From Eledone cirrhosa (Eukaryota), in assembly GCA_964016885.1 (NCBI GenBank), contig OZ024752.1, positions 38,998,001 to 39,062,000 on the forward strand: DNA of 64,000 bases. Reading direction: 5' to 3'. Made by a program: the position numbers and the translations under genes. Below are positions 42,737 to 58,422 of the stretch, piece by piece (position 1 is the first letter of the stretch; the number at the start of each line of letters is the position of its first letter). The notes under the pieces are model-generated. The model saw nothing but the letters and a program-made list of their open reading frames with translations. It was not told the origin of the DNA and searched no databases.

Positions 42737-43207
42737 TCTTAACTATAATAAAGGGAGGAGTGCGGGACTGCGTCCAGAATATACTTTTTTTAATTTTTTT
42801 TACCCCGTTTGTAAAATAAGTTGGATTACTTTGAATAAATAATTAATGAATATTACATAATTTATGTGCTAAATTTCGTAGCTGTTGATTAAATATATTT
42901 TATTGCTTATTTAAAGATTCACTTCTTTAACATTTTCAAATATCAACACTTCCGGTTATATTATAACACTTATAAAAACATCGCATATATTTCCGTTGCT
43001 AATTTTCACCATAATGCAGTTTATATATAATATCGTCTTTCTTAAATGTTTCATGGATTACTTTACTGATTACAGAGGAGGGTGTAACACAGTCTCTCTT
43101 CAATTCCTGTGTATATTGTCAATTACGATTTCATTTGATGCATCATATCTACATGTATATATACTTGCGTATAATGCACACTACACTGAAGGGTGGTTTT
43201 CTGCTAG
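42737..43207 (+). mobile_element. Non-autonomous Helitron, same family as 2241-2707
   Basis: A|TCTTAACTATAATAAAG ... GAAGGGTGGTTTTCTGCTAG|T. Confidence 0.7.
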
Positions 43208-43227
43208 TATTATTAATGATCCAATAA

Positions 43228-43637
43228 GGGCGGTGGATTGGCAGTATCATTAGAGGGTCGGACGCCATGCTTTCCAGCATAGTTACGTCCCTTTACGATC
43301 TGAGTTCAAATCCCGCCGAGGTTGACTTTGCTTTTCATCCTAACTGGGGTCGATAAAATAAAGTACTAGTAATACACTGGGTAATTGCTGGCCTTGTGCC
43401 TAAAGTAGAAACAATTATTATTATTATTATTATTATAATATGGACAGCAGATCAACAAGATCATTTGAGCGTCGAACAGAATGTCTTGCGGTCATTTAAG
43501 CCCGCCCCTTTACGTTCTGAGTTCAAATCCCGCCGAGGTTGACTTTGCCTTTCATCCTTACGGGGGTCGATAAAATAAAGTACCAGTAATACACTGGGTA
43601 ATTGCTGGCCTTGTGCCTAAAGTAGAAACAATTATTA
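43228..43637 (+). mobile_element. Two tandem Nin/Deu-like SINE copies
   Basis: Two copies of the B-box/central domain; the first ends in (ATT)n. Confidence 0.78.
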
Positions 43638-43837
43638 ATGATCCAATCGTCAGTCAAGATAAGATTGTTTTCCCACCACTCCATATTTTTTTTTTTCAGT
43701 GAAGTTTGAACCGATTCAGTTTCGATTGTGAAATGGTGAGGAACGTGGATGGCATTAATTATTGAATTAACTTTCACAAGAGTACGTTCCAGTTTGATAC
43801 CTGAGGTTTATTTGTGAGTATATATCTGTAAATTAAA

Positions 43838-44093
43838 GGTGGAAAACTGGGAGAGGGCAGTTGCCTTGGTGGTCAGGGTCATTGTGGCCTTTTACTGGGC
43901 TTTCTCCACAAATGTCCCTCCGAAGTCTCCCCCCTATTGGGGAATTTTTCATTGTTATTTTTTGTTACATCCTCTGTTTTTGTTTTTTACACGCAGAAAT
44001 GCCCATTTCTACCGTCCTGTATTGTCCTGCACTGTCCTTAATGTCTACTTTATGTAAACCCTTGTGGTTAATAAAGAAATCATTATTATCATT
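43838..44093 (+). mobile_element. Probable LINE 3'-UTR fragment (L1/Tx1-like)
   Basis: Shares ctccccctattgggga and cccttgtggYtaataaag with 48126-48379; ends with AATAAA and an ATT-like tail. Confidence 0.45.
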
Positions 44094-44235
44094 GTAATGG
44101 TCTCTTCTTGATTATTGCTTTCACTAATCAACTGTAGACGTGTCAATTGTTATACAGGTCATTAGTATTAATATATAAATGACGCCGCGATTTTGTTATT
44201 AAACGTAAGGGATTAAAATAACTTATTGGTGTTTA

Positions 44236-45945
<1,710 letters not shown>

Positions 45946-46053
45946 TAAAAGAACAGATTAAAGTTTAAGCAAAGAATCGCTGCTTTCACCCTTAACGGGA
46001 TCTTCTGACCCCCCTCCTCCCCCCCAAAAATTGTTGGCCTTGTGTCTAAATCA

Positions 46054-46232
46054 GCAGTATCGGTAGAGGGTCGGACGCCATGCTTTCCAGCATAGTTACG
46101 TCCCTTTACGATCTGAGTTCAAATCCCGCCGAGGTTGACTTTGCCTTTCATCCTTACGGGGTCGATAAAATAAAGTACCAGTAATGCACTGGGTAATTTG
46201 CTGGCCTTGTGCCTAAAGTAGAAACAATTATT
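46054..46232 (+). mobile_element. Nin/Deu-like SINE copy
   Basis: Near-identical to 4078-4263. Confidence 0.8.
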
Positions 46233-46514
46233 TAAGGTTCAAATATCAATAATAGCACAAAATAACGTTATTTTACCTCCTTATGAATACCTAATGATGA
46301 ACAGATAGCGATACTTGGACTAAATACAGTGAGTTAACATCAATCATTGAAATTGATCTTTTCGCATTTCATCAACCATTTTGAAGAGTTTTGAAGAGTT
46401 TCGACGCAGTTTTTGAAAAAGCAGGTTTCATGTTTATGGGGGAACTAATATGCTCTAAATAAATAAAGAAATAAATAATATAAACAAATAAATGAATAAA
46501 TATTTCGAACTGTT

Positions 46515-46822
46515 TTATTCATTGGTTAGTTCAGTTGAGTGTCATTTTTTTTATTCATTGGTTAGTTCAGTTGAATCATTTATTTTCATTGGTTGGTTCA
46601 GTTGAATCATTTTTTTAATTCATTGGTTGGTTCAGTTGAATCATTTATTTTCATTGGTTGGTTCAGTTGAATCATTTTTTTAATTCATTGGTTGGTTCAG
46701 TTGAATCATTTATTTTCATTGGTTGGTTCAGTTGAATCATTTTTTTTTATTCATTGGTTGGTTCAGTTGAATCATTTATTTTCATTGGTTGGTTCAGTTG
46801 AGTGTCATTTTTATTTTCATTG
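46515..46822. repeat. ~30-bp tandem repeat (ttcattggttggttcagttgaatcattt)
   Basis: Visible, ~9-10 units. Confidence 0.9.
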
Positions 46823-48051
46823 ATCTGTGTGTTGATTACGTGATTTATATAAATTTAAATAATTTTGAAAACCAAAACAATGCGTTAGGAAGAATCTTAC
46901 CGTAGCAAATTTAACGGCCGTTAAATTCTTCCTAACGCATTGTTGTGGTTTTCAAAATTATTTAAATTTGTGCTTCCTATTCAACAATGTTTCAAACAAG
47001 CTACATAACTCTGTGTTTTATATGCTTTTAAAAATGTCTGAAGTTCTAACTTTTCTAGAATTATTATTTTTTTTATCTGAGGTTGATTAAGACTTTTTCA
47101 TACATTCGTAGATTGTTCTGGTATTTCATTGGTCGGCTTCACAGTTGATAATCTTTATACCACTTTCTAGATCCTGTTGTTATCACGACATTGTCTATCT
47201 GTGTATCGTTTCTCATTGATCAGTTTAGCAGTCGTTATGTCTACTTATTGGTTGGTGTAGTGGTTAGCTTGTATACGCCTGTTGGTTACGTCATAAATAT
47301 CCTATTTCGCTATAGTTGTCGCTGATATATATCTGAGGTCCCTAAAACATTTTTTATTATATTTACTGTTTGTTTTTTTCTCAAGTTGGCGTCTTGCCTA
47401 CTTCATAAATTATTATTTTATATATAGTTTCCATGTTTGCAGTTTGAAACAGTTTTTTTTAAATGAATCTATTCTGATGTCTGCAAACTCACTTAATTTC
47501 ATTTCATCTGTTAAGCATGTATATTTTTTGGGTAATTAAGTTATATTTTTTGCGGTATACAAGGGAAATATCACAAAACTATTTAAGTAAAGCGTGGCAT
47601 TGTCAATTACTGTCCTGTTAATATTTATGTTTATATCATTTTCATTCAAGTAACACATATTCTTCGAGAAAGACCTTGAGTTTTTTCTTTCGATATTACT
47701 GAACCAATGAATGTGTTGTGTGCACCTGATTTTGAACATTGTTGCTACGATGTAGTTTGGTCGGTTTGTTCCTCTTGTTTGTTCCATCATCAACAAAAAG
47801 CAAATAGGTGTAACATATATACATATATAAACATATACACGCACACACACACACACACGCACGCGCACACACACGCACGCACCCCCACACACATGCATTA
47901 CATGTATATGCATATATGTACATATATACATGTACGTGTATGTGTATATATAGATTAAACAGCTGTAGCATCACTCCTTCATAGTCAGCTTATGAACTTT
48001 CTCAACCAACCCTCGTACATGAGCACGCATACTGTAAAATTGTCTATTGAT

Positions 48052-48084
<33 letters not shown>

Positions 48085-48379
48085 AGGTGGGTGAATGAAG
48101 CGAAAATGGCCCGAGTGATTGGGCCTTCTCTGTTTATAAGCCTGTAGGTTGAGGAAGAGAGCAAAAGGAAGAAAGGAGCATTTGCACAACACGCTCCTGG
48201 AGTTGAGGGTTGTTCTGTCGACGGGGTATTAAACAACCCATTTGTGGCGCCTCCCCCCTATTGGGGATTTCGATTGTTGAAATTGTTTGTTTTTATATTT
48301 TTTACACGACTGTATGTAAAACCCCCGGCATGTCTTTGTATTGTCCCCTTTTCTTGTTGCGCCCTTGTGGCTAATAAAG

Positions 48380-49095
48380 TCGATGAAATCAACCCAGTAC
48401 TTTATTTTATCGACCACGTAAGGATGAAAGGCAAAGCTAACCTCGGCGGGATTTGAACTCACAACGTAAAGGACCGTAACTCTATGCCGCCAAGTATAGA
48501 GTCCACGCTCTACCGATTATAGTAATAATTGTTTCTACATTTGGCACAAGGCCAGCAATTATCGCAGTACATTACTGGTACTTTATTTTATCGACCCCGG
48601 TAAGGATGAAAGGCAAAGTTAACCTCGGCGGGATTTGAACTCAGACTGTAAAGGGACGTAACTATATGCTGGAAAGCATGGCGTCCGACTCTCTACCGAT
48701 ACTGCCAATCCATAATACTAATTTCTACTATAGGCACAAGGCCAGTAATTTATGCGGGAGGGGAAAGTCGATTAAATCGACCCCAATGCGTTACTGGTAC
48801 TTTATTTTATCGACCCCGTAAGGATGAAAGGCGGGATTTGAACTCATAACATAAAGGGCCGTAACTCTATGCCGCCAAGCATAGAGTCCACTCTCTACCG
48901 ATTATAGTAATAATTGTTTCTACATTTGGCACAAGGCCAGCAATTACCGCAATACATTACTGGTACTTTATTTTATCGACCCCGTAAGGATGAAAGGCAA
49001 AGCTAACCTCGGCTGGATTTGAACTCATAACATAAAGGGCCGTAACTCTATGCCGCCAAGCATAGAGTCCACTCTCTACCGATTATAGTAATAAT
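48380..49095 (-). mobile_element. Cluster of four tandem Nin/Deu-like SINE copies
   Basis: Repeated gtactttattttatcgaccccgtaaggatgaaaggc blocks. Confidence 0.78.
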
Positions 49096-49307
49096 CAATC
49101 ATATTGTTTCAAAAGCACCGGGTCCTATTGAACTTTCGACACTAAGCAACGTCTCCATATTTTATTATTGATACGGGGAGTATTCTATATTCATTTCTCA
49201 GAACTATGCCAATGTTTCATCTCTTTTATTGTTCTCCAACGATTCCCCATACACTTGACATTAGCTTTGGCTGTAAGTTCATTAAAAGGGCAGACAATTA
49301 CAAACAA

Positions 49308-51945
49308 CTAACATACCCACACTAGCACACATACACACTAGCACACACCCACACTAGCACACATACACACTAGCTCAAATACACACTAGCACACATACAC
49401 ACTAGCTCACATACACACTAGCTCACATACACACTAGTTCACATACACACTAGCACACATACACACTAGCACACATACACACTAGCTCACATACACACTA
49501 GCTCACATACACACTAGCACACATACACACTGGCTCACATACACACTAGCACACATACACACTAGCTCACATACACACTAGCACACATACACACTAGCAC
49601 ACATACACACTAGCTCACATACACACTAGCTCAAATACACACTAGCACACATACACACTAGCACACATACACACTAGCTCACATACACACTAGCTCACAT
49701 ACACACTAGCACACATACACACTAGTACACATACACATTAGCACACATACACACTAGCACACATACACACTAGCTCACATACACACTAGCTCACATACAC
49801 ACTAGCTCACATACACACTAGCTCACATACACACTAGCACACATACACACTAGCTCAAATACACACTAGCACACATACACACTAGCTCACATACACACTA
49901 GCTCACACCCACACTAGCACACATACACACTAGCTCACATACACAGTAGCACACATACACACTAGCTCACATACACACTAGCACACACCCACACTAGCAC
50001 ACATACACACTAGCTCATATACACACTAGTACACACCCACACTAGCACGCATACACACTAGCACACATACACACTAGCTCACATACACACTAGCTCACAT
50101 ACACACTAGCACACATACACACTAGCACACATACACACTAGCACACATACACACTAGCTCAAATACACACTAGCACACATACACACTAGCACACATACAC
50201 ACTAGCACACATACACACTAGCTCACATACACACTAGCTCACATACACACTAGCACACATACACACTAGCACACATACACACTAGCACACATACACACTA
50301 GCTCACATACACACTAGCTCACATACACACTAGCTCACATACACACTAGCTCACATACACACTAGCACACATACACACTAGCACACATACACACTAGCTC
50401 AAATACACACTAGCACACATACACACTAGCTCACATACACACTAGCTCACACCCACACTAGCTCACATACACAGTAGCACACATACACACTAGCTCACAT
50501 ACACACTAGCACACACCCACACTAGCACACACCCACACTAGCACACATACACACTAGCACACATACACACTAGCTCACATACACACTAGCTCACATACAC
50601 ACTAGCACACATACACACTAGCACACATACACACTAGCTCACATACACACTAGCACACACCCACACTAGCACACATGCACACTAGCACACATACACACTA
50701 GCTCACATACACACTAGCTCACATACACACTAGCACACATACACACTAGCTCACATACACACTAGCACACATACACACTAGCACACATACACACTAGCAC
50801 ACATACACACTAGCTCACATACACACTAGCACACACCCACACTAGCACACATACACACTAGCACACATACACACTAGCACACATACACACTAGCACACAT
50901 ACACACTAGCACACATACACACTAGCACACATACACACTAGCTCACATACACACTAGCACACATACACACTAGCTCACATACACACTAGCACACATACAC
51001 ACTAGCACACATACACACTAGCTCACATACACACTAGCTCACATACACACTAGCACACATACACACTAGCACACATACACACTAGCTCACATACACACTA
51101 GCACACATACACACTAGCTCACATACACACTAGCACACATACACACTAGCTCACATACACACTGGCTCACATACACACTAGCACACATACACACTAGCAC
51201 ACATACACGCTAGCACACATACACACTAGCTCACATACACACTAGCTCACATACACACTAGCACACATACACACTAGCTCACATACACATTAGCACACAT
51301 ACACACTAGCTCACATACACACTAGCACACATACACACTAGCTCACATACACACTAGCACACATACACACTAGCACACATACACACTAGCACACATACAC
51401 ACTAGCACACATACACACTAGCTCACACCCTACACTAGCACACATACACACTAGCTTACATACACACTAGCTCACATACACATTAGCTCACATACACACT
51501 AGCTCACATACACACTAGCTCACATACACACTAGCACACATACACACTAGCTCACATACACACTAGCTCACATACACACTATCTCACATACACACTAGCT
51601 CACATACACACTAGCACACATACACATTAGCACACATACACACTAGCTCACATACACACTAGCTCACATACACATTAGCACACATACACACTAGCACACA
51701 TACACACTAGCTCACATACACACTAGCACACATACACACTAGCTCACACCCACACTAGCTCACATACACACTAGCACACATACACACTAGCACACATACA
51801 CACTAGCACACATACACACTAGCACACATACACACTAGCACACATACACACTAGCTCACATACACACTAGCTCACATACACACTAGCTCACATACACACT
51901 AGCACACATACACACTGGCTCACATACACACTAGCACACATACAC
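49308..51945. repeat. 16-bp minisatellite (cacactagcWcacata), ~165 units
   Basis: Visible. Confidence 0.97.
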
Positions 51946-52794
51946 ACACAGTCACACACTAGCAGACACACACATCCACACACACACACACACACATCCA
52001 CACACATCCACACACAATCACACAGTCACACAGTCACACACTAGCAGACATACACACACACATCCACACACATCCACACACAGTCACACAGTCACACACA
52101 GTCACACACTAGCAGACACACACACACACACATCCACACACATTCACACACAGTCACGCAGTCACACAGTCACGCAGTCACACGCTAGCAGACACATACA
52201 CACACATCCACACACATCCACACACAGTCACGCAGTCACGCAGTCACACAGTCACACACTAGCAGACACATACACACACATCCACACACATCCACACACA
52301 GTCACACAGTCACACAGTTACACAGTCACACACTAGCAGACACACACACACACAGCAACATACACATACACACACCTATATAAACACGACATACACACAC
52401 ACATACACACACCTATATAAACACGACATACACACACACACACAGCAACATACACATACACACACCTATATAAACACGACATACACACACACAGCAACAT
52501 ACACATACACACACCTATATAAACACGACACACACACACACAGCAACATACACATACACACACCTATATAAACACGACATACACACACAGCAACATACAC
52601 ATACACACACCTATATAAACACGACATACACACACACACACACACAGCAACATACACATACACACACCTATATAAACACGACATACACACACACACACAC
52701 ACACACAGCAACATACACATACACACACCTATATAAACACGACATACACACACACATACAGCAACATACACATACACACACCTATATAAACACG

Positions 52795-52854
<60 letters not shown>

Positions 52855-52981
52855 CAACATACACATACACACACCTATATAAACACGACATACACACACA
52901 CACACAGCAACATACACATACACACACCTATATAAACACGACATACACACACACACACAGCAACATACACATACACACACC
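51946..52981. repeat. CA-rich derived minisatellites (cagtcaca/catcca units, then cacctatataaacacgacata...cagcaacata units)
   Basis: Visible. Confidence 0.92.
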
Positions 52982-53021
52982 CATTCTCTCATTCATTATG
53001 ACAACTAAAGATGTATAGACG

Positions 53022-53613
53022 CATCACCACCATCACCACCACCACCACCACCACCATCACCACCATCACCATCACCACCACCACCACCACCATCACCATC
53101 ACCACCATCACCATCACCACCACCATCACCACCACCACCACCACCACCACCACCATCACCACCATCACCACCATCATCACCACCATCACCACCATCACCA
53201 CCACCACCACCACCACCACCACCATCACCACCACCACCATCACCACCATCACCACCATCATCACCACCATCACCACCACCACCATCACCACCATCACCAT
53301 CACCATCACCACCACCACCACCACCACCACCACCACCATCACCACCATCACCACCACCACCATCACCACCACCATCACCACCACCACCACCACCACCACC
53401 ATCACCACCATCACCATCATCACCACCATCATCACCATCATCACCATCATCACCACCATCACCACCATCACCACCATCACCATCATCACCACCATCACCA
53501 TCACCACCATCATCACCATCACCATCATCACCATCATCACCATCACCACCATCACCATCATCACCACCATCACCACCATCATCACCCCCATCATCACCAT
53601 CACCACCACCATC
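53022..53613. repeat. (CAC/CAT)n trinucleotide microsatellite
   Basis: Visible. Confidence 0.97.
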
Positions 53614-54896
53614 ATTAAAAATATGGTATGCCTTCTTCAGACAAAATACAATACATAAGCTGTTTTATAAATAATTTTTGACATACCTTTTAAATAATGC
53701 AACTTCCATTTAAAAAGTTGATTTGGTAGTGAAACTGTTATGACAGTTATATAGAAAGAAAGACGAAGATGAGAAGAAGAAGATGAAGAGATGTATGTAA
53801 ATAAAAAGAAGAAGGTGAAGAGATGTATGTAAAGAAAAACAACAGAGCGAGACAGAGAGACAAGGAGATATGGGAGAGAGAAATACATTGAGGAAATGAA
53901 AAAAAAACATAGTAGGCAGCTTTTGGACAGATGCTCAACGTATATGTGAGGGAAGGGATACAGTTAAACTAGCCGACACATAAATCACGTCCAGTGTATA
54001 GGGGAAAAAAGAAAGAAAGATGATATATTTAAAATATATTAAAAATATATTATGTCTCATCCATTTGAATTATCAATTTTTATGAATTAGGTATTATAAT
54101 GTAAATATCAGTATTCATGAATGAGACACATATCCATAATGTGTGAAAAAATGACCACATGCTTAGTTTAAAAATTCTTAGGTCTATAAGCAAAATCTGA
54201 GATAAAACTTCAAACATAAGTATATATGCACTCTCATGAAAAAAGAAAAAGAGAAAAGAGAAGGTTATCTCAAATTCAAGTTGATAAATATAGACACACA
54301 TGTGAACCTACGTGATATGCTCCACAAATTCTTATATTTCGTGAAAAACGTCATTGCGTTACAAAAGATTCCACCCTACATATATTTACATATATATATA
54401 CATATATATAGACATAAAATATATAAGATATACATTAACATTTAAAATAACATTCCAGCCTCACTTGCATGATTATCGATCAAGCATAGAGTAGACAACA
54501 GATATCAATATTAAAAATTAAAAACGCCAAGAATATCTTCGTCACTCCACAGAGTATCTAGGGACGCAAGAGAACATAGTATGCCACGCATATCGGTCAC
54601 ATAAAATCAGAATCAAAAGCAAACAAAACCAAAATTGTTCACCAAGCCTTATTTAGCAGAAATCATTCAAAACTTATTCAACAAATGCTCTTATATCTAT
54701 TATAGAAGTTTATCCAGCTTAAAAATTTATTCAAAAGATTGGGAGCAACGCCAATATTAGGGTAGTTTAATTAATCTCATTAATTATATATTCATGCAGA
54801 AAGGTTTTTAAGAAAAAAGAATTGAAGGAATCGAAAGATTTATCGCCAAGTTTCATAAATAGTTAAATATCTTAAGTAAATATACTACATTTTATA

Positions 54897-57127
54897 CTAC
54901 ATTTTAAATGTATATTTATATTTAAACGTTGAGTTCAATCTATGTCTGCAGCAGCTGAATAAATTGGTTCGTAAATTAAGGACATTTTTAGATTTTAGTA
55001 TAAAGAATATCTCCTCCGCGCAGAGGTCACATGTCTCAGAAGAGGAATTAAAAAGAATCCCTTTTGAGACTATATTCCAAACCATCGAATATCCAACTTT
55101 ATCATGTTTAAGTTGCCAGAGTAACCCTGATAGCGATGTTGAAGATTTTTTATTTGGATCCGTGAAAGAATTTTTGTGATTATTATAGCGAAGTTTAAAT
55201 TCTGTCGAAGTGGAACCAACATAATTAAAAGAATTTAAATCAGTTTTAACATTACAGTTGTATATTATATTTTTAACTAAGCAATTGTTATTTAGCGGAC
55301 ATTTAGATCTATCTCTACAGTTACAGTTTTTTACTTGAATATTGTTTAGGCTATTTTCGGTATTTTGGCTAGGTTTTAGATTCCTATTATTTATTCTATT
55401 AATATTTTGTGCTAAATTTTTGGTGGACGAGTACGTTAATTTTATAGTATGTCTATTGAAGATTGAGTGATACTTATGTGTTCTAGGGAAGCGTTTGTCA
55501 AGAGCATTAAAAAATAGTTTAGCGATGTGGGTTTTAATGTTTAGTGAGAAAGGGGGGGGGGGGCAAACCATATTATATTTCTAGTTCTATTTCTTTTCTG
55601 GTTTTTAAAATTATTGTAGTGCTTTCTATTATAGTTGTTAAAGTTGTTACTGTAATTAAAATTGTTGTTATTTTGGTTAGTTTGTCTATTATCGATGTAC
55701 ATACTTTTATCACTATATCCTGCTATAGCTAAAGCTTCATTATAATACTGGGCTTTTTCGTCAAAAATATTTTTATTGGAAGAGATTCTAGAGATACGTT
55801 TTTGAACAGAGTTCACTATAGTATTTTTGACAGATCTGGGGTGATTGGAGCTAAAATTGACATAATTCAAGTTTTCATTTAACTTGTGGAATGGATAGTG
55901 AAGACATGTGTTGAGATTAAATGTTACGTCTAGGAAATTGACTATTCTATGGTTATTCTCAATTTCTATTTTTAGATTAAGGTAATTAAAAAATTGTATA
56001 ATTTGTTTTCTTTTCCTATTTAGTTCAGAGTTATTATTTTCAATAAGTAAAAGCATGTCATCTCTATATAAACCTCCGGTAACACCGGGTATTTTCCTAT
56101 GCAGCGAATTAATTATAAATAGGCCCACAAGGTCCGTTACCTGAGCTGAGTCTGATGATCCCATAGTAATGTCAAAATTATTATCTCTATCTGCCCTAGT
56201 CCATAGTTGGTTATTAAATTCTATCAAAGTTTTCCTTGCCGATAATATAATGTGCATTTCATTGCTAGTTAGGTCTGTATGCTTGAAAGCGTAATTTAGT
56301 GCCTTATTTAGTAGATTAGGGGTAATGGATGAATAGTAGTTAGCAATATCTAGTTGAATAAATTTATTATTATTGTTATATTTAATTTCATTAAACCACT
56401 CAATGACCTCCCCAGTTCCCTTCCACAAGGTCAAGCCAGGTAAACAATTCAAGTCCTTAATTTGCTGTATCACTCTGTCTAGAATGTTCTTGCTAAGTTT
56501 ACCCAGGTCAGATTTTGATGGTGCTATCAACCTGACTGGCAAGTCATTTTCAAAATTTCTCTTGTGATCTTTCATATTGATCTTGGGTTTCCTGGGCACG
56601 AAAGGTTGTGTTTTGTTCTCAATTTCCAACTCATGCATTATACAAGATGCCTCAACATTCATTTTCTCAAGTTCAGCCTTATCTGCTACCTTGTACTTTT
56701 TCCTTAGTTCCTTCAGTATGAGGCCATTATACATGTCTTTTTCCACTCCATAGAGGTTGTTGGTTTTGTCCGATTTCACCAAGATCTTCACTGTTCTCTC
56801 TAGGCTCGCAATGTTATCCTTAATGCTTTTCAGATATTCCTGGCCTTTGAAGCTTCTCTTGAATCTGACTCCTTGTATGATAGAAATTATATCGTTTTCA
56901 AAATCATTCAAAAGTTTGTTGGGGGGTGGATTTTTTTTAAATTTGAAGACTCTGTCTAGGTCTGAGACATTTTCGTTTACATTAGATTTAGATTTATCAA
57001 AGTGGAATGCACGCCACCTGATTCTCCTTATAAAGGAGTCTGATTTATCTATTAGTTGTTTAATAAAGTCCTTGTTTCTAGGTAGAGGTATGTCTTTTAG
57101 AGAAGAAGAGATCTTAAAGAATTCCAT
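54897..57127 (-). CDS. PLE reverse transcriptase / GIY-YIG endonuclease polyprotein, split by one frameshift in a 12-nt homopolymer (55552-55563)
   Basis: KSDKTNN, VRLIAP, QLDIANYYSSI, FDITMGSSDSAQVTDLVG, GLYRDD, VNFLDVTF, SNHP, IIWFAPP|FS, CNCR....CPLNNNCL, IIY..(n)..YVGST, FKLRYNNH, CDLCAEE, CRHR. Confidence 0.85.
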
Positions 57128-57304
57128 TTTTTCAGTTATAATATAAAGCGCTCAACGGTATTGGAGCAAAATATATGCAAAAGTTTTATTTAAGATTGTT
57201 GGGTTACAACGAGTAAATATTTTATAACTGATATAAAAGCACTCAACAGTTTCTGGAGTAGGTTTACGATATTAAACAAATGGAAACTATATTTATAAAA
57301 CCAT

Positions 57305-57378
57305 ATTTATTTCGTTATATATATTTCAGGGATATCATATTAAAAATATGGTATGCCTTCCTCAGACAAAATACAATA
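57305..57378 (-). ncRNA. Type I hammerhead ribozyme in the PLE 5' pseudo-LTR region
   Basis: Minus strand TATTTTGT-CTGAGGA-AGG..CATAT TTTTA ATATG..CCT-GAAA-TATATA-TA-ACGAAATA: 8-bp helix I, extended helix II, palindromic helix III, AUA cleavage triplet. Confidence 0.72.
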
Positions 57379-57466
57379 CATAAGCTGTTTTATAAATAAT
57401 TTTTGACATACCTTTTAAATAATGCAACTTCCATTTAAAAAGTTGATTTGGTAGTGAAACTGTTAG

Positions 57467-57519
57467 GTTTTTTGTGGGTCCCTCTGACTGGCCCGCGGAC
57501 TGCCTGTTGCACGCCCCTG
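57467..57519. mobile_element. Possible hAT-type element terminus
   Basis: ggcccgcggactgcctgttgcacgcccctg resembles hAT ends (CAGGGG terminus). Confidence 0.35.
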
Positions 57520-57875
57520 TTTAAACTCTAAACAGTGAAAGCTAAATGGCGTGGAAATATCTTCACTGGAAAGTGACGTATATTCTAGTGGCGTAGAATA
57601 CAGGGATTGAATTTTTTTTAGAACGAAACATGTTGATTTATTGATTAAATGAACTGGATTAGATGTTTTGAATACAAACAAGAAACAAAATAGCCTCCTC
57701 ATAATATTGTAGGTTTCAAAGCTAAAATTTTATGAATAGCAGAAATAATCGCAAACAAGAGCTGCATAATAAAAACCGATGAGACTCAAGCTTTGTGTAT
57801 ATATACACATACCTACCTACATACATGCATGTATACATACATACACATACACACACACACACATATATATGTATA

Positions 57876-57918
<43 letters not shown>

Positions 57919-58008
57919 ATGTGTGTGTGTGTATATATATATATATATGTATATAAGATCCCGTTAAGGGTGAAAGCAGCGATTCTTTGCTTAAACTTTA
58001 CTCTGTTC

Positions 58009-58057
<49 letters not shown>

Positions 58058-58107
58058 CTAGCGAGAATCGCATTTCGGTGGATAAATATATACATATATA
58101 TATGTAG

Positions 58108-58316
<209 letters not shown>

Positions 58317-58391
58317 TATATATATATATAAATATAAATTTAGCGAGAATCGCATTTCGGCGGATAAATATATACATATATATATATGTAG

Positions 58392-58422
<31 letters not shown>

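Larger units (their letters stand above)
53614..57465 (-). mobile_element. Near-intact Penelope-like retroelement (Naiad-type) with 127-bp direct pseudo-LTR repeats
   Basis: RT + GIY-YIG ORF; repeats 53614-53740 and 57339-57465 are identical at 126/127 nt. Confidence 0.88.

Noticed and set aside
54897-57127. Selenoprotein-type Naiad
   Set aside because: No in-frame TGA in either ORF half; the Cys motifs use normal codons and the ORF ends at TAG.
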